A stretch of 64,000 bases of DNA from Octopus bimaculoides. Taxonomy: Eukaryota. Made by a program: the position numbers and the translations under genes. The stretch is taken from assembly GCF_001194135.2 (NCBI RefSeq), contig NC_068991.1, positions 75,439,445-75,503,444 of the forward strand, given 5' to 3'. Of this stretch, positions 37,088 through 51,545 are shown piece after piece; within the stretch, counting starts at the first letter, position 1, and every line of letters starts with the position of its first letter. The notes under the pieces are model-generated. The model did no database searches, was not told the origin of the DNA, and saw only the letters and a list, made by a program, of their open reading frames with translations.

Positions 37088-37441
37088 AAAAACGAATAGA
37101 AATGTCTTTTATGATAATTTTTCCACTTTATTAATTAGATGTTTATAAGTTTACAAAAGTTAACTGTGATAGGAATTTCTCACTTAAAAGCGGATTTCAA
37201 ACTGATATTTTCGAGTTTGTTCATTGTTTAAACAGGGAGTGCTTAATTACAAACACACATACCAACACTGCCCCCCCCCACACATAAACACATATACAGG
37301 AACCCATACATAACCACATATATAGAGAGACGTACACACACATTCATATACACAGATAAACACATAAACACACACAAAAGCAGAGCACCTTACACATACA
37401 TACACACAGAGACACAAACACACTTATATTTATACATATAT

Positions 37442-37479
<38 letters not shown>

Positions 37480-37680
37480 ACACACACACACAAAAGGAAG
37501 AAAGAAAGAGAGAAAGAGAAGTAAGTGGATGAAGAATAAAGAAATGGAATTTTTAGGTGTGGTCATTCTGGTGTGAAATGGTTCTGTAAAACTCTGTTAA
37601 TGACAAAAGTACCTGCCAGCAAATCTATTTACCGATATGGTCACAAACATCTAATTCTCATAAATGGTGTACACATATAC

Positions 37681-38010
37681 GTGGAGGCGCAATGGTGGTC
37701 ATAGGATAGCGGTTTCGATTCCCAGACCGGGTGTTGTGTGTGTTTATTGAGCGAAAACACTCAAAGCTCCACGAGGCTTCGATAGGGGCTGGTAGCGAAC
37801 CATGCTGCAATTTTCTCTCACTTTTTCTTCCTGTTTCTGTTGCACCTGTATTTCAAAGGGCCAGCCTTTTCACGCTGAATCTCCCAGAGAACTACATTAA
37901 GAGTACATGGGTCTGTGGAGTGTTCAGCCACTTGCACGTTAATTTCACGAGCAGGCTGTTCCGCTGATCGGATCAACTGGAACCCATGTCGTCGTAACCG
38001 ACGAAGTGCC
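37681..38010 (+). mobile_element. SINE family C, tail type 2 (small deletion in the head)
   Basis: Family C head and body, then GCACGTTAATTTCACGAGCAGGCTGTTCCG..GTCGTAACCGACG tail. Confidence 0.85.
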
Positions 38011-38014
38011 GTAG

Positions 38015-38054
<40 letters not shown>

Positions 38055-38134
38055 GCAAACACACACACACACGCACACACACAATTAAAACATCATAACA
38101 CAATTAAAACATTATAATGGAGAATTACATATTC

Positions 38135-38335
38135 TTATATCTTTACTTGTTTCCGTCATTTCACTGTGGCCATGCTGGAGCACCGCCTTTTGTCGAACAA
38201 ATTGACCCCAGGACTTATTCTTTGTAAGCGTAGTACTTATTCTATCGGTCTCTTTAGCCGAACTGTTACGTTACGGGGACGTAAACACACCAACATTGGT
38301 TGTCAAGTGATGGTGGGGGAAGATACACAAATACA
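38135..38335 (-). mobile_element. SINE family A, 3' portion
   Basis: GGCCATGCTGGAGCACCGCC..TTACGGGGACGTAAACAC as in the 8633 copy. Confidence 0.9.
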
Positions 38336-38735
38336 TACATTCATACATATATATACATACATATCATCCAGAATAACTTCTAAAAAGATGAACTCTACTA
38401 ATTGCTTCTATTGAAGCTGTTATAGCTCGTCTCTGGTGATGGGATATCATTTATTTCCCTGAAACAGCTGTAAGACCACTTTTCTACTTATAAATGTCCT
38501 AGGAATACTAAAATGGGATACGTTTATGAAAATGTTGCTTTAGCATCTTCTGGTGCTAAATTTTAATCAATCGATAATGAAGACACTAAAAATTAAAAAA
38601 ATGTACGTGCAAGGTTTAAAAAGCAAAATATATCAACGCTTAGACGAATACAGAAGCCTTTCATAATCGCTTTCTCACGTCCACACTGTTTTAGTATTCT
38701 GTCTGTCTCTCTCTCACTATATATATCTCTGTCAG

Positions 38736-38767
<32 letters not shown>

Positions 38768-40029
38768 NNNNNNNNNNNNNNNNNNNNNNNNNNNNNNNNN
38801 NNNNNNNNNNNNNNNNNNNNNNNNNNNNNNNNNNNNNNNNNNNNNNNNNNNNNNNNNNNNNNNNNNNNNNNNNNNNNNNNNNNNNNNNNNNNNNNNNNNN
38901 NNNNNNNNNNNNNNNNNNNNNNNNNNNNNNNNNNNNNNNNNNNNNNNNNNNNNNNNNNNNNNNNNNNNNNNNNNNNNNNNNNNNNNNNNNNNNNNNATAT
39001 ATATATATATATATATATACCTATATAAGAAGACATAGAAAATCTCTAATGTTTAATTTTCTTTGTCTTATTATTTGGATTATTTACTTTTCGCCAAAAC
39101 CGCTTTACAGTGTAATTGTCGTGAAACTTGGATTTTCTAGCCCAGTATTTGGTTCAAGTACTTTTCTGGAAACACCCTAAATATACACCCTACCTGACCC
39201 TAGACTTATACATGTGTATATGTGCATATATATATATTTATATATATTCTTTATTTTACAATATAAAAAACATGTTAGAGCTTAGCTCCTTTCCGTTTCA
39301 AGTTCCCAAAACCATCGGCATTTTTCAGTCTCATCTGACAAGTGATCTGTAATAGAAATAATGATAATGTTTGTAAGGAAAACTCTTGAAATCTTTGTTT
39401 ATTCCTTTTGACTGTTCTGGGAGAAAAATCTTTTAAAATGTTGTTGATAATAATTGTGATCACAGACATAGCTCTACCCCCACCCACCCACACACAAAGT
39501 TCAAAGAACTGCAGCTTTTACGTTGGTATTTCTGAGCTTTTATAGATTAACAAAAACCATTAGTTTTCGATAAACGTTAAAACATTTGGATAAACGCAAA
39601 AGCATAATTTGATAATGAGCAGTGCCGTAACATTAACAATCATTTATCAATAAAATATAGTCTTCTATTTATTGCAAGATTTTAATGTGATATGTAATCA
39701 CGGCTTAGCAAAATACAACATAATATATCGTTAAATAACTTACATTCTTCTCGATGGAATTTTTCAAATTGCATATAATATACTTGCTTTTGGACGTTCC
39801 AATTATTCTTTAGTTTTTCGTTCCTCTTGCAAAACCACACATAATTCTATACTATTAAAATTAGACATATTTTTTAAGATACCAATTCCAATTCTATCAC
39901 TGATGATTGTTCATGTAGCATATGAAACATACAGATTATAAAGTCTCGCGTAAGGAATTCCTATTATAATATACGTACATATAGGTTATATGTTTTCTAT
40001 ATATATGTTTTCTACTATACTTAGATTTT

Positions 40030-40143
<114 letters not shown>

Positions 40144-40549
40144 GTCTTTTATTCTTGTCTATTACTTGTTTCAGTCATTTCACTGCGGCCACGCTGGAGC
40201 ACTGCCTTTAATAAAATAGGGAGAGAAATCTTCAGGCAGGTCTTACCAGGCCAGACAGGTCGAAGGATAAGAAACAGACAAGACCTTAACGACAATAAAT
40301 CGAAGCGTCAGCAGCAGGGTGTGGATTTAGTTATCGGCAGGACCTAAAATATCAGATTCCTGGCTTTGAACTCACAGGATGTCATGCAGAGGATCTTGAA
40401 TATAAGACAATGGATGAGATCCTAATATTCCTAGTTAGATGGAAACCGCGGGACCACATGGAGCAGCGCCCCGTGTCTCCTATAGTATGCGCAACCGAAA
40501 CCTCTAGGCAATAATATCGTTTAGGTTTAATCGCTTTGAATGGAACATA

Positions 40550-41375
40550 CAAGGTCTGATCAATAAGTATCCGGACTGTTGCCATAGTAACGAAGCTAAA
40601 GCACGCAGAATGAAGCCGCTTGGCACAGATTGACCTTGAACTCTGCTGTGCATGCGCACTAAGCTTTAACTTTCTGGTTCATTTCTGTGCTTAGTGCTTA
40701 GCTGGAAGGTGTGTAGCGTGTGATCATCGCATTGACCACGATAGAGAAAGCTGTCATGGTAATACCTTCTCAGTGGTCTACGCAAGATTGCAGAAAGTGT
40801 TTGGAGAGGAGTGTATGAGCCGCACATAAGTGTACGAGTGGTTCAGATGTTTCCAATATGGACGAAAAAATGTTGATATTAACGAACGTTCTGGGAGACC
40901 CGCAACCAGCAAAACTAAGAAAAAAGATCGTAGACATGTGTGTAGGTGTTAGGGGAAATCGTCGAATAACCATCTGTGAGTTATCAGAGGATTTGTAGAT
41001 TAATCACGGTTCAGTTCTGTCCATTATATCTGAAGATTTGGGTATGAGACTTGTGTCAAAACTGCTTTCAGTTGCACGAAATCTCCTTGTCTGTGTCGAG
41101 AACGATGAAAACCTTTTGCAAACTTTGCGTAGGACTCTGAGCAGGTATCGCTAAGCTTTTGGCAAAATTTGATGCAGATTTTCTGTTCAACTTTCTCTGT
41201 CATGGTCAATGCGACAATCACACGTTACACACTTTCCTTCCAAGCACTGCTGTAAAGAGCGGAAGTGAGTTAGAACGTTAAACGTTAGTGCGCTTGCACA
41301 TCAGCGTTCATAGTCAATCTGTCCCAAGCGGTTTCACTCTGCGTGCTTTAGCTTCGTTACCATGGCAACAGTCCG
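40550..41375. mobile_element. Mariner derivative with two inward-facing 5' ends
   Basis: TA|CAAGGTCTGATCAATAAGTATCCGGAC left TIR, with plus-strand transposase N-terminus (VYEWF..ERSGRP..RRITICELSEDL). The right about 240 bp is an inverted copy of the left end, including MTEKVEQKICIKFCQKL. Confidence 0.8.
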
Positions 41376-41949
41376 AGCAATATACGTTATTATCAAAAGC
41401 GTATATTGCAAATAATACGTAATTATAGTTATTATTAAAAAGGACCCATGCATGTCGCTCTTATCCTTAATTTACAGCCTTCGGGTTCGTTTCTAAATTT
41501 ACACACACAACACACGCACGCACACACACACATATATAAATGGTATATATTTGTATATATGCATAGACACGTTCATGCATACATGTTTATATCTGTGTGT
41601 ACACATACATATTTATTTAAATAAGTACCTATGATTGATTCTATGCATAAATATATACTTCTAAGCCTACGTAATTACGTATTGATTTACACGCACTTAT
41701 GTCTTGATATGCAATCGCACTGTTCCCTTCTAAGTGAATAAGTGCACAGCCAATCACACACTGATGTATTTACATAGAAGTACAGACACACACTCAATCG
41801 AAGGTCAACAAGTACATATTTAATACATGCTTATCGAGTTACGGCTGCAGAGCTATATTCTACTTAAACATTTTAGCGCGAACATCCTTACACATATACA
41901 CATGCACGCACGCTTATACATATTCCATCTCGCACATATATGTGTATAT

Positions 41950-42011
<62 letters not shown>

Positions 42012-42794
42012 GCGTGTGTGTGTGTACGTGCGTGTGTTCACGTATCTTCCTAAGATTGAATCTATGTATAAATGTATGCATCCATACAGGTGTAAAGATG
42101 TATGGTTGCATGTTCTCGAGGATTTGCGTACGCTGTATACCTCTTCTGCAGGTCAATAAGTACAAATTTCACTCTCCGTGTGTGCATCTGTATATATATA
42201 TATATATATATAAACACATACATACATTCATATATATATATATACATAAATATATATATATTCATATACATATATATGTGTCTGTATCAATATTTATATG
42301 TGTGTGTGTGTGCCTCTGTGTGTGTGTGTCTGTGTGTGTGTGTGTGTCTGTGTGTGCATAGATATGCATATACATTTGTAGGCGCAAGGTGTGTATACGT
42401 TCATGTGAACCTGTGTCAGCGTGTGTCGTATGTTTGCGTTCCGAGATAAAAGCTCCTTCCAGACGAACGTCGAGGAAACCCAATTTAATTTCAATCACGT
42501 ACATCTACAATATTTGCAGAAATTTCTCCAGAGGAATGTTATTTCTTTAATCAGTAACTCCCTTGATGATCGAAAAGAACCTGTGACCTTCTTCATGGAA
42601 TGCTTTTAGAATATTCTTAAGAAAAACTTCAGGTAAAGTATCGCTACTTTGAAAAGAAGTTTTTGAAGAAATGGTCAGTTTTACATCTTCCGTTCTTCTG
42701 TTTCTTAAAAGTATATTTGGCTCACCTTCCTCACAATAATGTCTAAGATGGCGACTAATGATTTTCTGCATGTGTGTATTCTTAGATTACAATA

Positions 42795-42801
42795 TTGCTG
42801 C

Positions 42802-42877
<76 letters not shown>

Positions 42878-43580
42878 CTTCTTCTTCTTCTTCTTCTTCT
42901 TCTTCTTCTTCTTCTTCTTCTTCTTCTTCTTCTTCTTCTTCTTCTTCTTCTTCTTCTTCTTCNNNNNNNNNNNNNNNNNNNNNNNNNNNNNNNNNNNNNN
43001 NNNNNNNNNNNNNNNNNNNNNNNNNNNNNNNNNNNNNNNNNNNNNNNNNNNNNNNNNNNNNNNNNNNNNNNNNNNNNNNNNNNNNNNNNNNNNNNNNNNN
43101 NNNNNNNNNNNNNNNNNNNNNNNNNNNNNNNNNNNNNNNNNNNNNNNNNNNNNNNNNNNNNNNNNNNNNNNNNNNNNNNNNNNNNNNNNNNNNNNNNNNN
43201 NNNNNNNNNNNNNNNNNNNNNNNNNNNNNNNNNNNNNNNNNNNNNNNNNNNNNNNNNNNNNNNNNNNNNNNNNNNNNNNNNNNNNNNNNNNNNNNNNNNN
43301 NNNNNNNNNNNNNNNNNNNNNNNNNNNNNNNNNNNNNNNNNNNNNNNNNNNNNNNNNNNNNNNNNNNNNNNNNNNNNNNNNNNNNNNNNNNNNNNNNNCA
43401 CCATCATGATCACCACCACCAACACCACCACCATAATCATCGATCATCACCATCACCACCAACAACAACAACAACACCACCACCACCATCATCATCGACC
43501 ACCACCACCAACACCAACAACAACAACAACACCACCACCATCATCATCGACCACCACCACCACCACCACCACCACCATCA
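42795..43580. repeat. (GTT)n-(CTT)n array, N gap, then CAC/CAT/CAA compound repeat
   Basis: Direct reading. Confidence 0.95.
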
Positions 43581-43789
43581 TTCACTTGGCCTTAGTTCAT
43601 GCATTCATTGTGTTACCGAAGCAGCTCTCTCTACTTTGTTTTACGTCCTGTGTTTTTGCATTACTTCTGTGACATTTTGTTTATTGAAAGTGTTCTATAT
43701 ATTATGTATCCAGTGCCTGAAAGCGTTATGTTTTATAAGTTGTGTATATGTGCATAGGCTGGTGTTTTATTTACGTATTTGACGGAATT

Positions 43790-44420
43790 TTCTGTTATCA
43801 TTGCCAAGGCAATAAATTATGGAGCCTTCATCTTTTCACTTCCAAAATTCCGGCCATCTCTATTTTTTGATGCTTATATCTGAATAATGTCTCGATTTCG
43901 TTTAGTGGCGCATTACCGTCAGTTGAAACTCATAAATCAATGATAAAGCATTTCGTTTCCTGATGTTCTTGATGACAATGTCCAGCCGATTAACCTTGAT
44001 CTCCCGATCAATGTAGATTAGTATATTTGAGAGAATGGCACCGTTGAAATTTTCTGCGATCTTTTGTATACTTATCCCAACTAGTTTTGCAGTGAGATTT
44101 TAAAATTTCTGGCATAATTTCCAGTGTATAAAACCCCCAGATACCTTCTTGTAGGTGTATCCTCCCTTCGCTGGTATTCAAATATTTAAAGGATCATAAA
44201 TATTTCTTTTGCAATGATTGTCGTTGATGCAAGAATGATTTTGTTTAACCTCCTGGTGATATTGATCTTCATGCCTCTTTTAATTAAGATGTGAATGGCC
44301 AGCATTACGTTATTTTCCATATTTTGTTGCTATTTCACAATTGGCGTTCATCCTTGGAGGTTGCTTTTATTACGCTACAGGCAACTCTTTTTGAATATTG
44401 TTTTAAAAATTATTTTCATG
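43790..44420 (-). mobile_element. R4/Dong-like LINE remnant (RT end plus restriction-like endonuclease)
   Basis: SKDERQL, GMKIN, RYLGV, then IDREIKVNRLDIVIKN (the TDR.I.ANRPDIV motif) and EIETLFRYK..IE. Heavily frameshifted. Confidence 0.55.
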
Positions 44421-44697
44421 ATTTTGTTATTGAAATAATCATTTCTATCTTCAGAATCGAATTTTCTTAAATATTCTTTATGCTCCTTTCTATTCATATT
44501 CTCGTTTGTTTAGGTTCATTTTTTGTTGATTAGCATTCTGTAATTTGGTTTTCTGTTTTATTATTCACTTTGCTAGCTTTGCACGTGTTGGATCTATCTT
44601 CATACCTTCCGTTTTAAATATTTTCTATTTTCGTTGTTTATTACTGTTCGTTGTGTTTTGTTTTATATGCTTTCTTTTAGATGTTATGTTTCGGTGT

Positions 44698-45061
44698 TGA
44701 CCCAGTAGTTAGGGAGGCAGAATCGCAGTCGTGGGTCGCAGTTTCGATTCCCAGACCGGGCGTTGTGAGTGTTTATTGAGCAAAAACACCTAAAGCTCCA
44801 CGAAGCTCCGGCAGGAGTGGGTGGCGAACCCTGCTTTACTATTTCATCACAACTTTCTCTCTTTCTTCCTGTTTCTGTTGTATATGTATTTCAAAGTGCC
44901 AGCCTTGTCATACTGTGTCACACTGAACTTCTCCGAGAACTACGTTAAGGGTACACGTGTCTGCGGAGTGCTCAGCTACTTGCACGTTAATTTCACCAGC
45001 AGGCTGTTCCGTTGATCGGATCAACTGGAACCCTTGTCGTCGTAACCGATGGAGTGCCACA
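44698..45061 (+). mobile_element. SINE family C, tail type 2, with a 12-bp TSD
   Basis: ATGTTTCGGTGT at 44686-44697 and 45062-45073 flanks the element. Confidence 0.9.
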
Positions 45062-45129
45062 ATGTTTCGGTGTGTTATTTTGTGTTATTTCATTTATTTT
45101 TTATGGGGTTGGGTGTGCTTTGACAATCT

Positions 45130-45790
45130 GTTATCTTAAGTGCGACTGTTCGAACTTTGTCTTACGTCTTAAAACAGGATTATTTTAGCCCCCAATTTTA
45201 ATCGAGAATATTGTCGTTCTTTGGATTAAATTGTTGCTGCAAAACATGTATATAAAATAGAAATGTATTCTGCGACCATTTATACCATTTCTGTTTTATA
45301 AACAGGGCTAAAGGATCGACATCTCACCATTCATATACGTTGCTAAGATATCCGTTGGATACCGGTTTACTAGTTTGTGGTGATGTGAAGTGTTTCACGT
45401 TACATTTTCAGTGCTATTTTTTATGCTTCCGATTAAAATCTCACATATCCCTCTTGGAATGAACAGTGAAAATTTTAATTGATTCATTTATCACTTTTGC
45501 ATTTGAAGAAGATTGATTTGGTCGAACGCATCATTAGTTTGTTAAGACAGAAAACTGAATCAACCTGATGCTTCATCGGCTCGTTTACAAGTAGTATTCG
45601 AAAGTCGGCCAATACGAACATGTGTAATAGGTTATATGAAGTAAATAGTTTATTGCTTAATCAGTTTTCTCCGAGTCCATTTGTTATTTCATTTTTTGGT
45701 TTGATTGGTTTATGTCTAATCGTTGATAGAGAATATAGTTGGTACTATTTGAATAACGGACTATGACAATCGCCCTCTAGTTTCTCGGTC
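45130..45790 (-). mobile_element. Decayed Penelope-like reverse transcriptase
   Basis: GDCHSPLF..SIFFKCKSDK*IN*NF..TSHHHKL resembles PLE RT motifs (MG..LSP, SIKFT.E.E..INFLD, S.HH..K). Many stops. Confidence 0.4.
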
Positions 45791-46293
45791 TCTCGTTACG
45801 TAAGCGTCCCAGATGTTATCATTGTTGTTGTTGTCAGTGTTGTTGATAATTTTTATTGTTGCATTATGATTTTTTATCGCACTATGAGTTTATGATATTT
45901 GCTTTCGACTTTACTCAAATGAACCGTTTATATCGCCTGTTAGTGTCTTGCTGTGGACGTGATGACACTGGTGAGTGCGGAGCCCAATAATTTCCTCATT
46001 TCGGCACACATATGGATTAAAAATGCTCTCAAATATACAAAGTCTAAATTCATCTTGTCATTCAACTAGGTTTTACTGAATTTAAATAGCGATTGCCATC
46101 GGCTTCCCTTCGTATGTAGGAGAAATATTTATCCTCTAAAGAATAACAGATCAGCCATGAAACATTCCAGAACAATCTCTTCTACTTTTGCATGTGCAGA
46201 AAGAATAACAAGACATTAATTCAGTTAATTTCCACAGCGCAGTTGTCATAGCTGTAGGCTGACAACATTAAGTTAGTCTTATACTTCCAATAC

Positions 46294-46869
46294 ACAGTCT
46301 TTGTGCATACATTTTTTTATCATTTATTTATGTTATATTTTGAGAAGTATAGTTTTTAAAATGTTAAAAATATTTACGAAAGCCTTAAACGTGATAAATA
46401 AGCAAATTACATTACACCTCAAATTTTCAACTTCAAAAAATGTTTTCAAAAGCATAATATTTTAATCAAATGTTTGTGTCTGTCCCCGAAGGGCAACTGA
46501 AAAATTTCTCTTTGAAAAGCAGTGAGGGTACTGATTTTTGTTGGCACCTGTCTAACGCTCGCCAGCCAACCTAAATTTTAAGAGCTATTTTTTGCAGAAA
46601 TTTTACAAGTTTAATAACTATTTTCATTGTTATTCCACTTGTAGTATCAAAAGAAAAAAAAAAAGACAAACGAACAAACTAGGATTTGAAATTTTAATCA
46701 GCTGAGGGCGGAGAATTCCGCCACCACTTCTGGTTTTAGAGCAAGATATTTCTCGATTGCCCTTCGAGGCTAGACACGTACTGATGACGTAAATAATAAA
46801 ACTTTAGAAGAGGGTTTGTGAAGTCGGAAATTTAAAATATAAGAGTTATTTTTGCAGTATTAAGACTGT
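46294..46869. mobile_element. Old MITE-like element with long imperfect inverted repeats
   Basis: 46476-46510 pairs with 46743-46777, about 46420-46440 pairs with about 46815-46835, and the ends read ACAGTCTT/AAGACTGT. Confidence 0.35.
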
Positions 46870-46890
46870 CTTACCCCTGTCTACTTGTCT

Positions 46891-46922
<32 letters not shown>

Positions 46923-47127
46923 CTGTATCTCTCTCCCTCTATATCTCTCTCCCTCTCTATCTCTCTCCCTCTCTATCTCTCTCCTTCTCTATCTCTCTCC
47001 ATCACTATCTCTCCCCTCTCTATCTCTCTCCCTCTCTATCTCTCTCCCTCTACATCTCTCTTCCCTTCTCTCTCTCTCTCTCTTTCCACACACACATATA
47101 TAAATATATAGACATACACAAACACGC

Positions 47128-47170
<43 letters not shown>

Positions 47171-47688
47171 NNNNNNNNNNNNNNNNNNNNNNNNNNNNNN
47201 NNNNNNNNNNNNNNNNNNNNNNNNNNNNNNNNNNNNNNNNNNNNNNNNNNNNNNNNNNNNNNNNNNNNNNNNNNNNNNNNNNNNNNNNNNNNNNNNNNNN
47301 NNNNNNNNNNNNNNNNNNNNNNNNNNNNNNNNNNNNNNNNNNNNNNNNNNNNNNNNNNNNNNNNNNNNNNNNNNNNNNNNNNNNNNNNNNNNNNNNNNNN
47401 NNNNNNNNNNNNNNNNNNNNNNNNNNNNNNNNNNNNNNNNNNNNNNNNNNNNNNNNNNNNNNNNNNNNNNNNNNNNNNNNNNNNNNNNNNNNNNNNNNNN
47501 NNNNNNNNNNNNNNNNNNNNNNNNNNNNNNNNNNNNNNNNNNNNNNNNNNNNNNNNNNNNNNNNNNNNNNNNNNNNNNNNNNNNNNNNNNNNNNNNNNNN
47601 NNNNNNNNNNNNNNNNNNNNNNNNNNNNNNNNNNNNNNNNNNNNNNNNNNNNNNNNNNNNNNNNNNNNNNNNNNNNNNNNNNNNNNNN

Positions 47689-47745
<57 letters not shown>

Positions 47746-48102
47746 ATATATATATAACAGAACTAAAAGCCGAAAATACACAAATTAGTCTATCTGATTT
47801 ACTTATAAACGTAACAACAGCAGTTATCTCTAAATACAATTTGGCGGTAGCAATAAAATGTAGAGTAACCAATTGCTGGTGAAACGATAAGGATAAATAG
47901 AAGTGCGTCAACCAGTCGGTCTCATTTTATTGTCCACTGTTAGATTTGATAAACATGACAGACGCTTGCGTTTATCTTATGTATCTAGTAAATACATTTG
48001 ATTTACGAACGGTGTGATGATTAAAATCTGTGGGTATATCTCATAGTATACTTTACTGTAAAAACTAAACACTATTGACACGCCATTAATTCACATGATA
48101 TA

Positions 48103-48840
48103 CAGAATGCATTCCAGAAGTTTTGACACATTTTAAGGAGAGACAGTTATTAATTTCAGAGGACAAATCTCTAATTCCCTTCAAAATAGAATCTTCTGAC
48201 TACAATGCAGATGTTGTGGGGCTCCAGCCACTTTGTAAAGGCTGCATAGAAGTCCTTCAAAGTGAAGGTGTCCTAGACCCAAGCCACAAACTCTTTCAAA
48301 TTCTTCTACAGCTTGGGAAACAGCCTAAATTCATAGGGAGCAGGGTCGGGACAATAAGGAGGGTGAGTGATAATTTTGATGCCTATCTCTGCTGTCGCGT
48401 TGCCTATCTTTGGTTACTGGGATGGAATCGTGCACTGGTGCTGGCGTTCTGGAATTTTGCGACGAAATCTCTATCTCTTCCTGAGTTCCTTCAAAAACCT
48501 TTACAAAGTCCTATTTGTTGACCGTCAGAAAAGAGGGAACACAGTGTCTATGATGTTCTTGCAGCCGAAAAAGTATATATTGATGAGATTCCTGATGGAC
48601 TTACTTTGCCCAGCCTCTTCTGCTCGGCTCATACAAGTTACTTCATAAGAAGTCTGGATCATTTCAAACGTTTCTGTAGTTTTTTTGCCCGGTTTAACAA
48701 AAAACGTTATTGCAAAACGAGCTTCCAAACTGTCTTCACGTCCCGAGAGCATTCTGCAAGCTAATCGGCGGAGAAAGGCAGTGCTTAGTAGGGCGTGTTC
48801 GAAGTGCTGTTACAGGCGCCTCCTTCAATCTGGAATGATA
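48103..48840 (-). mobile_element. Internally deleted mariner
   Basis: N-terminus EARFAITFFVKPGKKTTETFEMIQTSY..MSRA is fused to the mid-region EAGQSKS, followed by HPPYCPDPAP (YSPDLAP-like). Terminus TA|CAGAATGCATTCCAGAAG. Confidence 0.85.
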
Positions 48841-48951
48841 AAAGGTGGCAGGTCAGTTTATTAGATGTTTTGTAATAATATGTAAAAATTACGATAATCG
48901 AAAATGTCACGAAACTCCTGCAATACATACGTGTTTCTATATTATGTACAT

Positions 48952-49003
<52 letters not shown>

Positions 49004-50151
49004 NNNNNNNNNNNNNNNNNNNNNNNNNNNNNNNNNNNNNNNNNNNNNNNNNNNNNNNNNNNNNNNNNNNNNNNNNNNNNNNNNNNNNNNNNNNNNNNNN
49101 NNNNNNNNNNNNNNNNNNNNNNNNNNNNNNNNNNNNNNNNNNNNNNNNNNNNNNNNNNNNNNNNNNNNNNNNNNNNNNNNNNNNNNNNNNNNNNNNNNNN
49201 NNNNNNNNNNNNNNNNNNNNNNNNNNNNNNNNNNNNNNNNNNNNNNNNNNNNNNNNNNNNNNNNNNNNNNNNNNNNNNNNNNNNNNNNNNNNNNNNNNNN
49301 NNNNNNNNNNNNNNNNNNNNNNNNNNNNNNNNNNNNNNNNNNNNNNNNNNNNNNNNNNNNNNNNNNNNNNNNNNNNNNNNNNNNNNNNNNNNNNNNNNNN
49401 NNNNNNNNNNNNNNNNNNNNNNNNNNNNNNNNNNNNNNNNNNNNNNNNNNNNNNNNNNNNNNNNNNNNNNNNNNNNNNNNNNNNNNNNNNNNNNNNNNNN
49501 NNNNNNNNNNNNNNNNNNNNNNNNNNNNNNNNNNNNNNNNNNNNNNNNNNNNNNNNNNNNNNNNNNNNNNNNNNNNNNNNNNNNNNNNNNNNNNNNNNNN
49601 NNNNNNNNNNNNNNNNNNNNNNNNNNATACACAAATTAAATCTTGCCATGGAGGAATGTAGTGGCGGACAAAAAACAAGACAGGAAAACAAACAGAAAAG
49701 GCTTTACGGCCAGACGAGAAAAATTATTTGTGTATGAACGCTGTGAGGCACGAACTTGAAAGGGACGAAGTAGTTACGCGTCTTTGCTCGGCGATAGCCA
49801 AGGAAGAAAAGGATTATTGACCTGAAGCATGTGACCATGCCGGTGTAAGGGGAAGAGAGAGAGTGGTAGAGGGAGAAACAAAGGGAGGAAGTAGAAGAAT
49901 AGGTGAGCAACGAGAGGAAAAGAGAAAGAGAGGAAGTACGAGGAGGAAAAAAGAGATACGTAGAAGTAACAGAGGAAGTAACGAGAGAGGTAAAGCGAAG
50001 AAGAAAGACATGTATATAGGAAAACAGGCATTGTAAATCGAAACTGTAATCAATGAAAAAAAAAGTTGTTTCCGATGTTGCTTCTTCTTCAGGAACAAGC
50101 TGCATTTGGCTGCTTAAACGATTAAGAATCAAATATAATATGGCGTGGTTT

Positions 50152-50203
<52 letters not shown>

Positions 50204-51329
50204 TGAGAGAGAGAGAGAGAGAGAGGGGGGTATAGGAGAAACGGTGACAAAACTGGGAAGCAGTGGTGCATGTCATTTCCTTTCGTTTGCTATTTGTTCT
50301 CTTATGTATTGACGAAGTTTTTCTTTACAATTGTTTTGCTGTCATATACTGCTGGATATTCTTTAACTACAAAAATATACATGATAAATAAATGAAACGA
50401 AATACTATATCTGTTAAATACGAAGAGAGAGATAGAAGAAAGGGACTATAAAGGACTACTAGAACATTCCACACACTGTGTTTAGATGAACAAAAAATAA
50501 AAAATAAAATAAAACAAAATAAAAATATAAGTGGACAAATAATAGATTGCTTTATGTCTGTGAATAATATTTCATGAAAACGGAATATTATTCTTATAAC
50601 AAAGATTTCCAAGAACAAATTTCAATCTGTATTAAGGTATATTGATCTCATTTCTGAGTTTTTTTCCCTCTCTCTTTCGAATGTTTACAGCGGTTCACAC
50701 TATGAAATAAAATAATTCAACAACTTTTCCCAGGAACATGAAATAACGAAGAAAAATCTCTGAACATTTTGAGGCTATTGTTGGTTGAAATCCATACGTA
50801 TTCACGACATTGGGAAAATCCATTTCCATTGCAATCTCCCTTAAGCATTTAGCTTTATTTGAAGCATTTTTTTTTAGATATATTTTTTTTGTTAAAACAT
50901 TACAGAATTAGCTGAGTATTGAAGAAAACTAAAATAAATATAAAATCAATTTTTACTTGAAAACTTGCGACTGAGTAGAGTTTATAGTTAAGAGACGGAC
51001 GTTAAAAATTGCAATTTAATCGGGTTCAAGTTGGCCATTTTACCAGTTTGAATTTTTAATCCAATTGGTTGGAAAGTATAACGATATCATTCTTTCCATC
51101 CAAGGAAACTTTAGAATGAATAAAAAATTAATCAAATTATACCTCGGGCGGAAACTGTAAGTATGAATTTTAACACTGAAAATCTTCTTTCAATCTTATA
51201 AAACCGAAAAATCTTTACTTTCATCACTTGATAATGTATGATATAGCATCACGGATATCGTAAATGTCTACTTTGGGGCCTAAAGGCTCAAGAGGCCAGA
51301 GGTTAACCGAGTTTTCAAGGCATATTTTT

Positions 51330-51545
51330 AAGGCTGAAAGTAAAAACTGCCTCCAACCTGAACGCGACGTCTTTATTAACTCCTCTCCAAGCGCCACTGG
51401 CACTCATTTTCAGCTGAGTGTACTGAAGCAATATGAAATGAAGTATGTTGTGCAATACTCAGCGCAATATCCAATCCTAGTATCGAACCCACGACCTAAC
51501 GATCATGATCCCAATATCGTAGCCACTAAACTACTCACCTCCATC
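51330..51545 (-). mobile_element. tRNA-derived SINE, family E (diverged)
   Basis: Minus strand GGAGGTGAGTAGTTTAGTGG..GTGGGTTCGATACT B box, then TTGCTTCAGTACACTCAGCTGAAAATGAGT core. Confidence 0.6.

Noticed and set aside
42600-42770. Strong-looking splice sites (minus AAG|GTGAGC near 42727, plus CAG|GTAAAG near 42633)
   Set aside because: No convincing partner acceptor or recognisable peptide, and such motifs are expected by chance in 64 kb.
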